DNA from: Octopus sinensis
Lineage: Eukaryota
Direction: 5' to 3'
Assembly: GCF_006345805.1 (NCBI RefSeq)
Contig: NC_043007.1
Span: 48,980,001-49,044,000, forward strand
DNA: 64,000 bases
Numbering within the stretch: position 1 is the first letter of the stretch; every line of letters starts with the position of its first letter. Positions 38,345 to 51,780 of this stretch are shown in pieces. Below the pieces are notes generated by a model. The model worked only from the letters and a program-made list of their open reading frames with translations, was not told the origin of the DNA and did not search any database. The translations under genes and the position numbers were made by a program.

Positions 38345-41160
38345 CAGGTGTCGGCAACCTTTTGATAACGGAGTGCCAAAAGTTCCAAAAGCATTGCGCA
38401 TGCCAACCTCATACTATTACTTTTATTAGTAGAGTTTATGCTTCGGAAGCTCTATATAACGGAAATCTATTTTATCAATCCCTTAATAATTCAAATTGCA
38501 TGGAAACAAATATAATTTTATTTAAAAAGTAATTAATTTTTTTTTCAAATTATAAACAATAGAACAAATTTATAAACAAGTTATAAACAACAGTTACGTC
38601 AAATTTCTATAAATTAATGAGAACCTTGTCCCTGTACATTTTTGCTTAATTTCTCAGTATCAGGTGCATAATTTGTGATTTTTAGCTTCACATAAGCTTC
38701 TGAATGTTGAATTGTCAGACAACTTTGTGGACTCAAAACAGATTTCATTTGTGAAAAAATTTGTTCGCATATATATGTTGAGCATATGAAATTTTCTTCA
38801 AAGAATTAAATCTTTCAGGCAACGACATCCAGCAATTGAAGATGGCAACAGACTTCTCCAAGCAGCTTCTTCCAAGAGTTATTCGTAATTCCACAAATTT
38901 TATTTTCCACAATCCTGAAGTTGTTTCAAAACTATCGACGTTCATTCACTCAAAAAGTGATAGATCAGATGAGTTCGTTTTGAAATCAATCAAGTCGGGT
39001 TTGAAGAGAAAAGAAAATATAGGAGCATACGTTTCGAAATCTTTACCTCGCTTGGAAAATTCTTCTTTCAACGTTGCAGTATATTTTTGAAGTTCATTTT
39101 TATTAACATTAAATCGACTTGAATAAGCTTTTACATTTGGAAAGTATTTGTAAGTGTTGCTAAGTATATCACGCCAAAAAGTATCTAATTTTTACAAAGC
39201 ATGATACAAATCTATTCAAAACATTACCCCAACTAAGCCAACGGACACTATTGTGTAGTAGGAGGTCTGCATATTCTTTGTCCTATTCTTGCAGAAGGGA
39301 CTTGAATTGTCTGTGAGTCAGCGAAGAGTGAGAAACTATGAAATTAACTATTTTAACAACAGTCTCCATGACAGAATTCAAGCTTTTTGACGAAATTTTT
39401 GCAACTAAATTTTCCTCATGTATAGAGTTGGCAACTAAGATTCCGCCGTTTTTTCAAATTTTGGAATTTATTGCGTTTTTAAATTTTGGAATCTATTTTT
39501 CTTTCGGGAATTCTATTTTTAAATGATTTTGGAATCTATTTTGTTTGTTTTCAAGTTAATTTTTGTTTATTTTCAGATCATTAAAATGGAAAGTCAAGAA
39601 AAACGAGCATTTTCGACACCTCCTTCTTTTTGCTTTTAATCAAGGTTCTAAGGACACAATAGCTACTCGCGACATTTTTGATGTGTATGGAGAGGGTGTC
39701 ATAGCTGAAAGAACCGCTCGTAATTGGTATGCCAAGTTCAAAAATGGAAATTTTGACTTCAAAGACGCACTTCGTTCTGGCCATCCAGTTGAGTTCGATG
39801 AAGAGCGATTAAACCAACTTTTGTACGAAAATTCTCGTCAAACAACAAGGGAACTGGTAGAGAAAATGGAATGCTCCCACACTGCTATAAAGAAGCATCT
39901 TCACTGAATGGGAAAGGTTCAGAAGTATGGAGCATGTGTTCCGCATGCTTTAAGTGACAACAACAAAAATCAACGAGCCACACTTTCCCCTGGTTTGCTT
40001 GCTCGTCACCGCTCAACTCATGGATACAAGCAACGATTTCCTTACCGAATCGTTACTGGCGACGAAAAATGGTGCCTGTACATCAATATGAAGCAGCGTA
40101 AGGAATGGCTTAGCTCTGGCAAACAAGCGACACCGCACGCGAAACAAGATCTTCATCCGCATAAAACGATGTTGTGCGTATGGTGGGGCAGGGAAGGGAT
40201 TATCCATTACGAATTGCTTGAACGGAACCAAACGGTCAACGCGGAACTCTATGTTCAAGAGATGGAACGACTCAACGCGGTCATTCAAGAGAAAAGACCT
40301 AATCGGTAGCATGGAGTTCTTCTACTGCACGAAAACGCCCGCCCTCATATCGTCCATATGATCAAGGAAGCCATTCAAACGCATGGCTGGGAAGTGTTGC
40401 CACACCCACCGTACTCTCCTGATATGGCACCAACGGATTTCCACCTCTTTCGATCTCTTTCAAATGCTATGCGTGGAGTTTCGTTCAATACTGATGCAGA
40501 ATTGAGAGCTTGGTTGGATCAATTTTTCGAGTCGAAATCGGGTGATTTCTACCAACGAGGTATTGAAAATCTTGTTCAATGTTGGGAAGAAGTTGTTAAC
40601 AACAAGGGTGAATACATTATTGATTAATTAGTTGTTATTTCTTATTAAACCTTTAAAAAAATTTAAATTATAAAAAAAGGGCGGGACCTTAGTTGCCAAC
40701 CCAATATAAAGCAATTGATTACATTGCATCCAATATGATTTTCAAGAAGCTTAACAAATCCCGTTTACTTTCAAACCATTGCACGTGCACCATCGGTAGT
40801 AATACAAAATATTTTATTTATATTAATAGTCTGATTTTCGAAATAATTTACAAATGCCATCAGAATGTCCTGTCCTGTAGTTGTATTGGTAAGAGGAATC
40901 AAACAACATAATTCTTCATAAATACGATCATTGTTACAGTACCCTGCAACAATTGCTAGGCGCGCCATGTCATTCACTTCAGAACTCTCATCGATAGCGT
41001 CATTGAATGCAGCAGCTTTATGTAATCCAACTTTTTGCTTTATTGTTATGTTTTCAGCTATATCATTTATACGTCTCTCAATTAATCTTGCAGAAACTGA
41101 TATTTCTTGAATTCGAGAGTATTGTTTCAGCGTTTGGTAAACCACTGAACAAAATTTTAG
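38345..41160 (-). mobile_element. hAT (Buster/GTF2IRD2-like) transposon remnant
   Basis: TIR-like CAGGTGTCGGCAACC at 38345; ORF 40771-41286 has AIDESSEV...TTTGQDI...CITTDGARAM; C-terminal remnant at 38745-38945. Confidence 0.75.
39421..40706 (+). mobile_element. Near full-length (1286 bp) mariner DD34D element; transposase pseudogene
   Basis: TIRs TATAGAGTTGGCAACTAAG / CTTAGTTGCCAACCCAATA followed by TA; motifs CVPHAL, IVTGDEKW, HENARPH and YSPDMAPTDFHLF; frameshift near 39600; stops at 39905 and 40307. Confidence 0.92.
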
Positions 41161-41423
41161 TATTCTCAGCACGTATATTGGACGAAGAGGTTCGGTTGAA
41201 TACCTGCCACGTTCACCAGACCTCACACCACTAGACCCGAAAAGGGGAATACCTAAAAAATAAAGATTACGGTACAAAAACGGCAACAGTCGAAGAATTG
41301 ATGGTGATGTAGAGAGGATGGTAACTTTTCTAAAGTGTGGGCTTGTGGAGAACTTCAGATTTCTTCAAGCCCACTTCCAGTTCAAACAGCTGGGTAACCT
41401 TCTGTGTATCAGAATGTTAAACA

Positions 41424-41637
41424 CTGAAAGCAGCGAGCTGGCAGAAACGTTAGCACACCGGTGAAATGCTTAGCAGTATTTCGTCTGTCTTTACGTTCTG
41501 AGTTCAAATTCCGCCGAAGTCGACTTTGCCGTTCATCCTTTCGGGGTCGATAAATTAAGTACCAGTTGCGTACTGGAGTGTATTTAATCGACTAGCCCCC
41601 TCCCCCCAAATTTCGGGCCTTGTGCTTAGGGTAGAAA
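41424..41637 (+). mobile_element. Family A SINE with 13-bp TSD
   Basis: TSD AGAATGTTAAACA at 41411-41423 and 41638-41650. Confidence 0.85.
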
Positions 41638-43079
41638 AGAATGTTAAACATGAAGGACTGACTTTGTGTGGACCACAAGCGCAACATGGTTGATAAAGTA
41701 ACCCACAAATGAATTCTTTCAGCGTCTTTGTGTGGAATTGTACTTTTCTCTAATCAAACAGGTTTCATTCAGTGTGGTATCAGCTGTAGGGGCTGTCCTC
41801 ATCGAGGTCTTTTGTGGTCCTTATGTAGCAACAAGTAGCAGAAGACAGGGGCAGAAGGTGTGAGGACACTTCCCCGATTTATACTGTTCTGCATTAAGGA
41901 GAGTTTGAAGAGTCTATTTTTATGTTTGACTTGAGTACTCTGACCCTCATGCATACGGTTGACCATATCGAGAAATTAGTGTTGGGGAACATCCCAATCG
42001 TTCCATGAGTTTTTGCAGACCTCTAAATTGCAGTTGTTACGTCGGTGTTCTCTCTCTGAGATAGATGAGCTTACAATGCTTAGGAGCTGCATCTGCTAAG
42101 GTTTGAGAATCAGAGTTGTCTTCTTAAGCTAATTACCGACCAAGACTAATATATGCAATAGGGTCAGTCTTAGATTAAAGTACCAGTGTGTATAGAATTC
42201 AGAATGGATTTACAGATGTGGAAGGGCGCTAAGAGTAATATTTTGTCTCAGGGAAACATCTCAAAGAGACTTGTACGTTAAAAACAATGACATTCATTCA
42301 GAACGTTGGTGGATACCAGGCATAATGTTTTTTTTTTTTTCTGAATTGATAAGCAGTCAGGTCTCCTCAACGATAAACAGTCAGGGCGTTCTGAGTTGAG
42401 TCAATATGGTAGAGAAATCGGTAAACAAAGCATTTACTGATTTCTATATCGGATCAAGCAGAACACAATACAACACAAAACAACACAATAAACACAAGGC
42501 ATACGATAAGTGGTCGGACACTGTCTCTAGGCAAATAAAGAACAGAAAGGTATGTATGTTCCCTTTGCAAGCTGAAAGGTGAATGAAAATAAGATAAATG
42601 ACAGCAGGGAGAAGAAAGCTAGAGATAGAAGTTGGTAGAGTAATATAGAAGAAAAGAGTGAACAGAATAAGATAGGAGGTAAAAAAACAAAAAGTAGTTC
42701 ACTCAAGGATTTCAGAACGAACTGTTGAGATAATAAGCATGATATTTAATGTTGAAACTGTGATCATACTCGCCATCATTACTCTCTCTCTCCTTCTCTC
42801 TCTTGGTCTCACCCTTCATGTATTGGTCTTATCCATTGACCTCTATCTGTCTCTAGTCCATAATTCCATAAAAAGATAAGTACAAACAAAAGATACACTG
42901 AAGAGAGACTGAAAGAAGAAAACTAGAAAGTTTGATGTCACACAAACGTTATCATAACACTTTCTACCGACACTATGTCACTCTCTTTGACTGTCTCTCA
43001 CATTGAAACCTTTCTCTATTTCTCTAGCCCACTGTTTTTAGAGAGAAGCAGAGAAAGAGAGGGAGAGAAAGAGAGAAAG

Positions 43080-45470
43080 TATTTCTTTATTCACCATAAG
43101 GTTTAGAAAAAGAGGGGTCAATACGGGGACAGACAAAACAAACGTTGGGGTCAGGGTATCGAACGAGACGAAACGTATGAATAAACAAACAATTAAAATA
43201 TATACAATATAATAAGAGATTAAATGAGAATGAGTGATTAACAAAAAATGAAGTGGAGGACGCGGTGGACCCCACAAACCCCATACTCACACTGAAGACA
43301 TTGCTTTCTCCTTTTTTACATTTTCGTTTAAACAGATTCTTTCACTCGCAACATACTTACTTGCTATATACTTCCATCTTTTACGAAACACTTTGCGACA
43401 GGCATTTCTTCTCCAGCCTTATTTTCCGTTTCATGTGGAAAACGAAAAAGTCGATTAGCTCGAGACTGGAGATAAACATGCCTGTTGCAATTCCTTTCAC
43501 TCTCGTCTTCCATACTACTTCTTTCGCCACAGCAACTACCGAGAGAAAACAGGTTCGCTCCTCCCTATTCAGGGAGGTCGGCGGAACGATCTTAATTACA
43601 GATTCGCTCGACAGTTGTACTCTTCTCGAATGCGACAGCAGGTGTTCGACATAAGCCCAGAGTTCAGTCACCTTGGGGCATTGCACAATTGCGTGCAGGA
43701 CAGTTTCACTGTCCCTCTCACATCTTGCACAAACCGGCGAAGGTGCACACCCATGTCTAAAGAGCTTATCTCGAACCGGTAAAGCGCCTCTGTAACATTG
43801 CCAGGCCAGGGACTTTTGGTAATTATCCATAGGCCCCGGACCGAATGTTCTTTGGAATAGGCTGGCCAGTTGTTCTTCGTCGAAGCCCAGGGTTTCTCCC
43901 TGGACGTCGTCACACTTAAACTCTACTAACCCTCTATAGAAGAACGAGGTAGTACCCCCCGCCACCGGCATTGCCCGACTGGGAGAGAAGCACGAGTGCC
44001 TGATAGCACTCTACATGCCACACGCCCAACCTCGGTCTACACTTGATCCATGGGTTCAGTTTGGTAAACGATGTGAACTGTGGAAATAACAGCTTGATGA
44101 ACGGAGACCACACCTGCTCACCGTCCAGGTAAAGCCAGAGGTGCCTAAGCCTGAGCGCATGTCTGCGCATTTTTAGCCACGGCATCCCTAACCCACCCTT
44201 CAGCGGATTTTGGCAGCAAATAGAGCGCCTTGCAAGAGGTCTGCTGCCCCTCCACAAAAAGCGAAAGAGCATGCGTTCCAGCTTGTTCAGCCACGAATGT
44301 GGGCAAGGCACGACGGTCAGGCGGTAAGTGATTACAGAGGCGATAAACACCTCTGCAACCTCCGCCCTCTCTTTCAAGGACAGCTTCCGCTCAGATCAGT
44401 TAGGAGAGCCACCTTTCTTGCCACCTCGCCCCAATTCTTCTCTATCTGGAGATCTGGACCTAACCAGATTCCAAGCATTTTCATCGGCCCTTCCGTCCAA
44501 AGTCCTACGACGCTGTCGGAAGACATCGACTTGCCCCTCCAGGTGCCGAGTTGCAAACCGACCGATTTATCCTGGTTGACTTTCGCTCCTGCTAACGCTT
44601 CGTAATCTCTTAAGGCCTCACCCACCCACTGTAAGTGCTCGACTCGGGATACAATGACGGTGATGTCGTCCGCATACGCCGAAGCTGACTTTCCGCATCC
44701 TAGATCTTGCGGAGGGCCCCTCATAGTTTCCAACCTCCTCAGCAACGGCTCGAGGGTCAAAACGAAGAGAAGCGGGGAGAGAGGGCACCCTTGACGTACT
44801 GAACGTTCAATGCGGAATGGCTCCGAAATGATACCGTTCACCCGAACTACCGATTCGATGTTGCTGTATAAAACGTTGATCCATCCGCGGAAGGTCAGGC
44901 CGAAGTCAGCCGTTGCGAGGACCGCTGCCAGATACTGATGGTCCACTCTATCGAACGCTTTCGATTGGTCCAAGTGGACCATTGCCCCACCCTTGCCAGG
45001 AATCCTATTTACCTTTTCTAAGGCATAGCGTAGAAAGTGGAGATTGTCGTGGATGGTCCTTTCAGGGATGGCGCAAGTTTGCGCCTCGCCAAGAAGTTCA
45101 CCCACGACCCGCGCCAACCTTTTTGCTAAGACCTTGGCCAAAATCTTCAACTCTGCGTTAAGCAGAGTGATGGGCCGAAAATTATCAATTAAATCCCCCT
45201 TGTTTGGGTCCTTTCTTAACAGCACTACCACCCCTCGGCTCACAGACTTAGGAATTCTCCCGTTCTTCTGCCAGTTGGTGTACACGCATGCAAGTAGGTG
45301 CCCAAACAAGTCTGGCATACTACTATAGAGTTCATATGACATACCATCGAGTCCCGGCGATTTGTCTCCGCTGCGGTCTGCCAACACATCCTCGACTTCT
45401 GTGGCTGTGATCGGCGCCTCACAAGATTCCGCATCCGGCCTCGATAGACGCAGCGAACCGAGAAAGAGAG
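43080..45470 (-). mobile_element. 5'-truncated Tx1/L1-clade LINE ORF2 (RT and CCHC finger) with 3'UTR
   Basis: SPGLDG, NFRPITLLN, HLDQSKAFDRV, GSVRQGCPLSP-like and YADD motifs; CARCERDSETVLHAIVQC; frameshifted across ORFs 44374-45540, 43934-44377 and 43381-43971; AATAAA at ~43090. Confidence 0.9.
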
Positions 45471-45853
45471 TGAAAAAGAGCGAGAAGGTGGGAGAAAAAG
45501 AGAAGTAGAGACAGGAAGATGGAAAGATTGCCAATGTCATTCCATTTGAACATTTTGTATTTCTTCATCTCCTTCCTTCACTAGGTGTGGCTTGAGGGAG
45601 ATTTGGCTGCTATTTCACAAAACAAATGTCATAAAAACATTCATTGTGAAATATTAACATTTACAATGTAGACATTCAGACACACATACTACATTCACAG
45701 ACAGCCTACATTTATGTATGTGAATTACTCATGTTTTTATACAGGACAATGAGTGCTAAGTATTCAAATACATTGATTAATGTCCTATTTTCAGTGTAAA
45801 GTGTCGAAAGATTGACTTGTTTTGCTGGATATAATTCGTTGTGTATGTGTGTA

Positions 45854-45929
<76 letters not shown>

Positions 45930-45988
45930 GCTACACATGCACATGCACAGAATTATGCAACTAGAATAAATACATTTAAATATATAAG

Positions 45989-46030
<42 letters not shown>

Positions 46031-46100
46031 GCAAGTATATATATATATATATGTATTTATATATATATACACATACACACAAATATATACATATATATGT

Positions 46101-46148
<48 letters not shown>

Positions 46149-47380
46149 ATATAAAACTAAATACACACACGCATACACATGCACATACACATTTATATAT
46201 ATAAACAGAAAGCAAGTGCTGTATTCCATTTGAAAAACTCATCTCATGTAAGTATGAATGCTCTTTACTTATATATTCATGACTACACACACACACACAG
46301 ACACGCGCGCGCGCACGTACATACAGAGGCAGTCATTCATAAGTATTTAAGTGTGCATGTATACATGTTTGTATGCATGTAGGTGTTTGTCTGTCTGTAT
46401 GTATATATATGTATGTACAATGTTACGTAGCTGTAATGAATTCTCAGGCCAAATTGTAAAGGCTATTTAAGATGTGTCCTAGGAAGTGCATGCGTGTTTG
46501 TATGTATATAAAGTTTTGCAAGGAAAAGAGCGAAAGTGATTTCGGATTAAAGACATCCTCTCCATCATCGGACAGCTGTATGTATGCTATATATATCTTT
46601 TATCTTTTACTTGCTTCAGAAATTAGACTGCTGCCATGCTGGGGCACCGGCTTGAAGAATTTTAGCTGGACGAATCGACTCTAGTACTTACTTTGTATTT
46701 TTAAAGCCTGGTACTTTTTCTATCATTCTCTTAGGACAAACCGCTAAATTACGGGGATGTGAACACCACACACACACACACACACACACACACATGACAT
46801 AACTATTATAGTGTGTCGTACGCAACTTTGTTTCGCCTTTAACTTTCTTAGAAGTTCATATTTTTAAAATCAAATTTTTCGGAACTAAATTTGAGATGAT
46901 GTACATAACGATTATGTTTGAAAAAAAAAAGGACTGAAAAAATTTTGGCAGGTAGATCAAACTCTCTTTCCCAGCAGACTCTTAAATCCATAATTATTAT
47001 TGAAATTTCCAAGGGATACATTTCCGAATGTTCAGATTACCATCATCTTTATCAAATTTGAAAATAAAAAATAAAAATAAAAATAGAATAAAATAAATTT
47101 CATTTGTAATCTACACTCTCGAAAACGTGTTACTAGAAAATTTCATTAAACAAGAAATTTTAAGATCGTTATAAAGAGGCTAAGTTCGATGTGAGACAAA
47201 TTATCTGAAAGAGCAGCCATCATGTAAAAAACAAACAAAACAAATCTTTTACAACTTTTTCAGACACAAGTGTAATCTACTCTATCTAAAACGTATCTCC
47301 TGTAAATTTCATTAAAATATTAGTACTTTAAAGAGAAATATGGGGAAAAAAACCAGGATAGCACACTCGTTAACATATGG

Positions 47381-47554
47381 GCGTAGGCGTAAGAAGTTTG
47401 ATTCCTAACTACATGGTTCCGGGTTCAGTCCCACTACGTGGCACCTTGGACAATGTCTTCTACTGTACCCTCGAGCTGACCAAAGCCCTGTGAGTGGATT
47501 TGGTAGGCGGAAATTGAAAGAAGTCCGTCGTATATGTGTGTGTGTGTATGTGTT

Positions 47555-47588
<34 letters not shown>

Positions 47589-47782
47589 ACTTTGTATGTT
47601 TGTTCCTCACGGCCGCTTGACAACCGGTGCTGGTGTGTTTACGTCCCCGTAGTTCTGTTAGAGACCAATAGAATAAGTACCAGCTTTTGCAAAAAATAAG
47701 CACTGCGGTCAATAAGTTCGACAAAATTTTTCAAGGCAGTGCCCCATTCAGTCTAATAACAGAAACAACTAAATGATAAAAG

Positions 47783-47790
<8 letters not shown>
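47381..47790 (+). mobile_element. Family B SINE with internal (TG)n
   Basis: Same head and tail as 15597-16030. Confidence 0.8.
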
Positions 47791-47824
<34 letters not shown>

Positions 47825-47929
47825 ACACTTTGAAAAAATATATATTATTCTTTATCAAGAATACTAACTTCGAAGTTTCGACCAGCTAGGCTGTTATCGG
47901 ATGAAGTGCTACTTCATACAAATAAATAA

Positions 47930-48168
47930 ATAAATGCGCCCTTTTAAAGCTTAGCCAGGCTCATGGGCCCGGTTTCCCGGTTTCAATGGAGTATGTGTTC
48001 CCCAGCTGGACGGGACGCCAGTCCATCGCAGCGTTACTCATTTTTGCCAGCTGAGTGGACTGGAGCAAGTGTTTTGCTCAAGAAATCAACGCGTCGCCTG
48101 GTCCAGGAATCAAAACCACAATCTTACCATCATGATACTGACACCCTAACCACTAAGCCACGCGCCTC
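47930..48168 (-). mobile_element. Family C SINE
   Basis: Minus-strand head GAGGCGCGTGGCTTAGTGGTTAGGGTGTCAG. Confidence 0.75.
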
Positions 48169-48558
48169 TACATTTCATACAAAAGTACGAAGTAACCCTT
48201 CAGATTAATGTAAAACTATTTTTATTATGACTAAACATAAAAACAGACATTAATACGCAAGCACAGACATATGCATATGTGCGTGTGTGTGTATAAACAT
48301 ATAGATATTTATATACTTAGAGAACAGATTTACATGGTGCACAAAAATATAGAAAACTAAGTGGAGAGGGTATGGTATTTTATATGTATATATACGCACA
48401 TAGAAACACGCGCAGACATATACGGTTGGAATCTGAGGTCTCTTTAGCACTAGTGTAACCGAGCCAACAACCAAGAACAGTTAAAGTCTGTTAAACTTAA
48501 TGTACGTCTTGTCACCGCTCCCTTCCTTCACCGCTGCCTTGCCTTCCCTCTTACCAGC

Positions 48559-48661
<103 letters not shown>

Positions 48662-49284
48662 TATATATACACATATATGTTGTTAACATATCCAACAACG
48701 ATGTCACCCTTAGCATCTCATCTCTTCTTACCTATCTCTCGACTCACCACTTCCACTTCTCTCAATCTCTTGGTCGTTCACACCCTCCCTGCTCTGCCTC
48801 TCCTAGCTCGTCTTATCCTTCCTCTACTTCAGCATTGCCATCTCCCCTTCTTCCCCCTTCCATCAACTTCTATTTGCTTTCTTTTTCACCCATTCTACCC
48901 TTTTATTCCCTGTATTATAATCTGAAATGTTAGATGCCAGTCTCTCCAACCTGAAAACGAATGCCGGATTAACGGTAACGCTTATATGTACCTACTACTG
49001 GTTGCATAACCTTGACTTCTTGCACGCTCCATCTGCCAACAATATAACTATTACATAATTCCGAAATCCCAGAAACAGCTGTAGGACCTGAAATACCATA
49101 CCCTCTCCTCTTAATTTTCCGTATTTTTTGTACATCATGTAAATTTGTTCTGTAAATATATACATATCTATATACTTATACATGAATGTTCATTACGCCA
49201 ATAAATTCTTATATATATATGTGTATGTGTTTGTGTGTGTGTGTGCGCGTGCGTGCGCGTGTGTATTTGTAGATAAAGCTTTTA

Positions 49285-51780
49285 GTGGTAAGATTACAGG
49301 TAAGAAGTTTATTATTAATAATAATTTACAGCAATGTAATTTATTTGATTAGCTGCGGTGAATGTAATGTACAGAATGTAGGACAAAATACTCAGGAATT
49401 ACATCAACGTCTCAATGGTCAGATACAAGCATTTAAATTTGGTAGTAAACTTAAAATTTACACTTTAGATTAGGGTTTAAAAATTGTAAAATTCAAATAA
49501 TTGGTCAAATAAATAGCAGTGTGGATAATGTAAGACAGAAACTTTTAGAAGAGTGATTTTGGACTAAGGTATTATGTAGCATATACCCTCTAGGCCTTAA
49601 TGATAAAATTTTAGGTGTGGGGAACATATCTAGTAATAATGATACAGGAGGAATATATTTCTCAAAACTAGTTGTTAGGAGGAAACCTAGCCATGCACGT
49701 TGGATTAAGAATAGAAATGAGGTTAGAAAGGATGTTTCACTGGTTTGGGCTAAACTTAATGATTTATATATAAAGAAAGAATATTATGGTTGTTATGTAA
49801 TGTGAGTGTCCTTAAGCATAACTTAAAGAAACAATGGATATATACCATAGAGAGTTTTCTGAAGTTAGTTTTTTAGTGGATAGTTTTTGTAATAGGTTAA
49901 TATAAACAGCTAAACTGAAAGTCAATAATGTTAAAGTTGAATATTTAAAGATACTGTATGTTAATAATTTCATTGATGATGGTAATTTAAGTAATGTAAT
50001 TAGAAATAAAAAAAGCCGAAAACTTTTTGTCAGAAAATGTTAGACATATAAATATCAGAATTTGTTTTAAGCTTGGTAAGAAGATAAGTAGTACCTTATT
50101 TAATTATAATGAGCTCCTATCAAAAGTTAGTCTCGAAAGTTTTAAAGAAATAGATATAGGAGATTGCAAATGTAATAATTCGGAATTTTGTTATAAAGAA
50201 ATAGGGCATGTTTATAGAGATAATTTAGATATTAAAAATGAGGAACTAAGGGAGATATGAGCAAAGGGACAAAATATAAAGGACAAGGTAAAATTAGTAA
50301 ATATAATCTAACGAAAGTTATATTAAAAGCCATTAATGATTTCATTGTTAAATTAAGTCTCAAATATAAAGTTAAATCGGAGGAGTTCAATAGGCGGGTC
50401 AACAAATTAACTTACGTGGTATTTAAGTATATAAAGAAATATAAGTGGATAGGGAAATATTCAGTTTTGAATAAACCACTAGTTAAAGAGTATATAAATG
50501 AATTACATAAAAAATATGTGATAGTGCCAGTTTATAAAGTAGCAGGGTATTTTGTCATAATTTGTAAAAAATATCATATGATGGTTGTAGGAAAGGAGTT
50601 AAGAGTAGATAAAGAATTTAAGCTATAAGGTAATAACACATACAGAGTTATACAGGAAAAGGTTAATGAGATAGTTAATAGACTTATATCCACAGTTGAG
50701 AGATTGAGTGGTTTAGAAGTGGAAGAAAAGGATAAGAATATCCCTAAACTTTTGGATGCCTAAACTGCATAAGGCTCCTTTTAAAAGTAGATTCATAGCA
50801 GGAACTAGTAATTGTACAAATAAACAGCTATCTATATTGGTTAATGATGTTTTAAAAGCAGTTAGAACATATTAAAAAAAATATTGTGATAAAATTTATA
50901 GCAGTTCGGGAATTAATTATTTTTGGAGTATTAAGATCAACTAAGAAATTTCTGGAAACAATGATTAAATGCAAAAGGTGAAGAGTATGTATGTGTACAA
51001 TATTTCGATGCTATATACAAACTTAAATCTTAAATGTGTAGAAGAATGTATTTTTAGTGTATTAGATATATTTAATAAAGGATATAAATGTATATCTATA
51101 AATAATGCTAAAGGTTTCTTGCCTAGTTGTTGTTATAAGGAATATACTAATATAAATAAGAGAAAGATGAAAGAGATCGTTAGTTTTATTATTAATAATT
51201 CATTTGTAGTGTTTGCGGTAAGGGTGTTTGAGCAGGTTAGAGGAATTCCGAGGGTTGGTAATTGTAGCCCTCTATTGGTGGACCTTTATCTTTCTTCATG
51301 CAAGTTCCTTTTCTTAAAGACATGTGCGAGGAGAAAACTTGGTTTGCTTAAACAACTTAATGGATGCTGTAGATACACAGATTATATATTTATACTTAAT
51401 TATGGTTTCTTTGAATTTTTATTTATAAAAATATACCATAGTGAGCTTAAGGCCACCAGAGATGGTAATAATACAAAGGATATTAATTATTTAGATGCCA
51501 GTTTATTAATTAAGGATAATAATGTGACGTACTAACATTTATAATAAAACAGAAAATTTGGGTTTCCAAGTAGCTTCAATGCTATGGTTTAGCAGCAGAA
51601 TTCCTTCTTTTACAGGTTATGGTGTTTTTTCAGGCCAGATTATCAGGTATGGCACTATTATAAATAATAGGAATAGATTTTTGTAAAGAATAAATAAACA
51701 GTTGAGACATTTTGTAGAACAAGGGTATAAATATGATAAATTAGTTAAATTATTTAATCGCTGGGATATAAAACTATGAA
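49285..51780 (+). mobile_element. Decayed Penelope-like element with N-terminal GIY-YIG endonuclease then RT (Naiad-like order)
   Basis: NVIYLISCGEC..VGQ..QELHQRLNG and YPLGLND precede CKCNNSEFCY...GHV, LHKKYVIVPVYK, WMPKLHK..F..RFIA, LYTNL, FEQVRGIPRVGNCSPLLVDLYL and RYTDYI, then the thumb YGVFSGQIIRY...QGY. Many stops and frameshifts. Confidence 0.8.

Larger units (their letters stand above)
37750..41310 (+). mobile_element. Old Tc1/mariner (DD37D-like) element split by nested insertions
   Basis: [20 protein letters not shown] at ~38185-38250; YIGRRGSVEYLPRSPDLTPLD at ~41170-41240. Confidence 0.65.

Noticed and set aside
47860-47920. Minus-strand GAAA-CTTCGAAG-TT resembling a minimal hammerhead
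   Set aside because: The core is degenerate (CCGATAA) and there is no matching stem I.
49552-49554. In-frame TGA in the Naiad-like endonuclease as possible selenocysteine
   Set aside because: Not at an evident Cys position, the copy has many other stops and frameshifts, and no SECIS was recognised.
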